Source: a candidate division WOR-3 bacterium | GTDB taxonomy: Bacteria; Hydrothermota; Tepidihabitantia; SM23-42; JAOAFX01 | Assembly (NCBI GenBank): GCA_037444665.1 | Contig: JBBILZ010000035.1 | Location: forward strand, 1-29,030 | Reading direction: 5' to 3' | Length of the DNA: 29,030 nucleotides | Shown: positions 26,409 through 29,030 of the stretch, one piece after another | Numbering within the stretch: the stretch's first letter is position 1 | Layout: each line of letters opens with the position of its first letter | Translations under genes and position numbers: made by a program | The notes under the pieces: generated by a model | Seen by the model: the letters and a program-made list of their open reading frames with translations, nothing else | Database searches by the model: none | Told to the model about the DNA's origin: nothing

Positions 26409-27473
26409 TCAGGGCAAACGATAACAAGTATTAAAACCTAAATTACCTCTTTCTCCATCCATTATTGCTTTGTATATCAGTTCCAATCTTTGTTTCTTTT
26501 TCCTAACAATACCCAATATATTAAGAAGCAATAGAAATATTGTTTTGTTAATAACCCTCAATAATGCATTGTTATAGTAATTTTTTTCAAAATAAACCTG
26601 GTTGCGCACACCGTAATAGACTCTAAAATCTTCAGTTGAGTCAAACAATGCCTGAATGCCGAACATAAATTTAGGTATTAAATCCCAGGATGTCTCTGAC
26701 GAATTTAACCATGCTAAACCGCAGAGAAAAATTTTGCCGCCTTTTTGTGTAACCCTAAATGTATACTCTAAATCATCTTGATAAAGCACAAAATCCTGAG
26801 AGGGCAGGCCGATCTTTTCGTATAGTTCTCTGTGTGCAAAAAAACCAGCATAACCAGTATAGGGCACAACCATTAGCTCGGGTAATTCAATTCTTTTTCT
26901 GGAATTATGCGCAATCAACTTCATAACTTTGTAAGGCAGATTAAAAAAATGAAAACTCAAAAAACTACCCCTTCTTAGATATAAAACTTTCTTGCCATAT
27001 TGAATATTAAATTGATGGTCTGGTCTAAAACAGGTAAATGCCAAATTTTCTTTTCCATATTTAGCATGGTAATTCAACCAGTTATTTAGCAATATTGGGA
27101 GTGCATTACTTTTAGGTAACACATCATCATCAAGCAGCCAAACAAATTGGCAATCTTTACAATTCAATGCAGAATTAATTCCCGTGCCAAACCCAAGTGC
27201 AGAGCCTACATTCGCCTGATTTGTTATAATCTCTAATTTTGCTATTTTCTTCCCCAGGGCTTCTAATAATTTAAGACTTTGTGTTGTTGGTTTATTCGCA
27301 ACGATGATAATTTTCCCAATCGGATATTTTATAATCTCATTTGTTAGATTTTCCACATAGGAATAACGATTACCATAAGTAACAATTACCACAAAGACTT
27401 TTTCAGCATTATACCATATCTCATTATTATTTAATGGCTCAAATTTGTGGTTCATAAGTTGTCCATTTGGCAT
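26409..27473 (-). CDS. Glycosyltransferase family 2 (GlfT1/rhamnosyltransferase-like), paralogue A
   Basis: VVIVTYG.R, NVGSALGF, WLLDDD, IGLP..DF.LYQDDLEYT.R, YYGVRN. The start may instead be ATG 27455. Confidence 0.88.
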   Translation of the reverse strand: MPNGQLMNHKFEPLNNNEIWYNAEKVFVVIVTYGNRYSYVENLTNEIIKYPIGKIIIVANKPTTQSLKLLEALGKKIAKLEIITNQANVGSALGFGTGINSALNCKDCQFVWLLDDDVLPKSNALPILLNNWLNYHAKYGKENLAFTCFRPDHQFNIQYGKKVLYLRRGSFLSFHFFNLPYKVMKLIAHNSRKRIELPELMVVPYTGYAGFFAHRELYEKIGLPSQDFVLYQDDLEYTFRVTQKGGKIFLCGLAWLNSSETSWDLIPKFMFGIQALFDSTEDFRVYYGVRNQVYFEKNYYNNALLRVINKTIFLLLLNILGIVRKKKQRLELIYKAIMDGERGNLGFNTCYRLP

Positions 27474-28767
27474 CCAGACTTCCAGATATAAGATTGATCC
27501 CTTTTTTCTTAAGATACAAGTATATAACTATGGCAACAAACAAAAATGTCAAAAGCAGTGTAATTGCACTACCTATATGTTCATAGAATGATGCCAGTAT
27601 AAATGAACATAAAATGTTAAACAAACCTGCACCAACAAAAATGCGGGAAAATGCGGAATCCATCTTAAAAGGCATCATTATCTGAAATCCCAAAATACTT
27701 CGCAATTCACTGAGAAACGGTAAAAACGCTAAAATTCTTAAAACCGCAATTGAGTGATTATATTCACTTCCCAACATAATTTTTACAATCAACTCTGCCC
27801 CTATAAATGTTATTAGCGATATCGCAAAACTAAAAGTTCCAGTTAGATATACTAACTTTTGGACAAATTTAATCGCCTGTGCTTTTGATTCGCTGGCTAT
27901 TTTATTTACATATGGATAAATTGTTTGATCTATAGGCGCCAGCATTCTTAAGATTGCGTTAACCAACTTCTCGGCAGCGGCGTAGTACCCTACCGCAGTA
28001 TTACCGGCAACGAGACCGAGAATCAATGTATTTGAACTTGTGTAAAGATTAATGCCGAATACACCTAAAAAGCTGTGCCACCCTTCCTTCAGCTGATGAT
28101 AGATATCTTTCTTAACCGGCACACGATATTTGATTTTGTAGTGAGAAAAAGTGATAATCAAACCTAAAATCCCACCAACAATGTAGCCACCGGCGTTTAA
28201 TAACGGGACATAAATATAATCCCCAGGGGTTTTTACAAAGAGGAAGATGCTGAATGTAAATAGCAACCGGTCAATCACAGTTAATATAGTAATATATTTC
28301 ATTTTTTCAGTTCCCATAAAAAGCCAGATTGGGAATAGCGTTTGTCCGATTACAATTCCAAAAGTGAAATAATAAATCAGCCAATCCCTCTTAAACTTAT
28401 CAATCTGAATGATTGCTGATAATATCAGAAAACATGATAAAAGAAGAAGGAATTTTGTTGTTATTACAGAACTAAAGATTTCCGATATTTTTTCGCGATT
28501 ATTCCTGTAAATCGATATTTCGCGTGTTGCAGAAAGAGTAAACCCATAATCAGTAATCATTATAAAATATCCGATTAGCGCCTGAGCAAAGGCTATCAAC
28601 CCATATTTTTCAGGACCTAAAACCCTTACCAAATAGGGCAAAGTGATTAACGGAAAAATGTAATTCAAACCCTGCAGTATTGAAAGGAAAAATAAATTTT
28701 GCAATAATTGTTTTTTTTCGGGTGCAGTAACAAGATTTTTAAATGCTTTTAAGAAAAAATTCATCAT
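27439..28767 (-). CDS. wzx: Wzx polysaccharide flippase
   Basis: NYIFPLITLPYLVRVLGPEKYG, DYGF..SATREI, PIWLFMG.EKM, VGYYAAAEKL, YPY; about 12 TM segments. Confidence 0.92.
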   Translation of the reverse strand: MMNFFLKAFKNLVTAPEKKQLLQNLFFLSILQGLNYIFPLITLPYLVRVLGPEKYGLIAFAQALIGYFIMITDYGFTLSATREISIYRNNREKISEIFSSVITTKFLLLLSCFLILSAIIQIDKFKRDWLIYYFTFGIVIGQTLFPIWLFMGTEKMKYITILTVIDRLLFTFSIFLFVKTPGDYIYVPLLNAGGYIVGGILGLIITFSHYKIKYRVPVKKDIYHQLKEGWHSFLGVFGINLYTSSNTLILGLVAGNTAVGYYAAAEKLVNAILRMLAPIDQTIYPYVNKIASESKAQAIKFVQKLVYLTGTFSFAISLITFIGAELIVKIMLGSEYNHSIAVLRILAFLPFLSELRSILGFQIMMPFKMDSAFSRIFVGAGLFNILCSFILASFYEHIGSAITLLLTFLFVAIVIYLYLKKKGINLISGSLDAKWTTYEPQI

Positions 28768-28791
28768 AACAATTCTTAACAGTGATATAAT

Positions 28792-29030
28792 TTATTCTTT
28801 TAAGATAGAACAAATCAACCGCACATTGTGGTGATGAATTTTCACTGCAGCAGAGGTCAGAAATGTAATAAACTTATTTAAAGCATAAATACCCAGTATA
28901 GGGAATAACTGTTTATGCGTCGTAAACACATCACCAACAATTTCGCCGTAAGCAGAGAATATCTCTTTGATCTGTTGGGTTGTAAACTCTATAATTACAC
29001 TGTCATCTTCTCTCTTTCCGGTAAGTTTAC
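28792..29030 (-). CDS. C-terminal part of a protein running in from the right edge (possibly a SAM-dependent methyltransferase)
   Basis: Open frame of 78 codons ...KREDDSVIIEFTTQQIKEIFSAYGEIV...LICSILKE, stop TAA at 28794-28792, co-oriented with wzx. Function is a guess. Confidence 0.55.
   Translation of the reverse strand, partial: KLTGKREDDSVIIEFTTQQIKEIFSAYGEIVGDVFTTHKQLFPILGIYALNKFITFLTSAAVKIHHHNVRLICSILKE

Overview
AT-rich bacterial chromosomal window, probably from a Gram-negative-type anaerobe; FCB/WOR-3-like affinity is only my impression. It has three blocks. (1) A minus-strand type IV pilus motor operon with two full-length pilB paralogues in tandem, followed by pilT (truncated at the left edge). 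(2) A divergent plus-strand peptidoglycan/MurNAc salvage operon: namZ-murU-amgK-AmiE-like serine hydrolase. (3) A ~20 kb minus-strand Wzx/Wzy surface polysaccharide cluster: flippase, five glycosyltransferases, a Cys1-less AsnB-like ligase, polymerase, FemAB-like protein, deacetylase, an inserted AAA_14/DUF4143 ATPase, WbpB/D/E-like genes, an initiating transferase and Wzi, ending in UbiA prenyltransferase and YfiM-like genes. Notable non-coding signals are several sigma70-type promoters that point to leaderless mRNAs, a covarying hairpin at identical spacing ahead of two unrelated genes (pilT and the sugar aminotransferase), a perfect 36-bp palindrome built from an 8-mer, and a cluster of GTAG-type REP-like hairpins between the convergent operons. 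No rRNA, tRNA, CRISPR array or transposase was seen.
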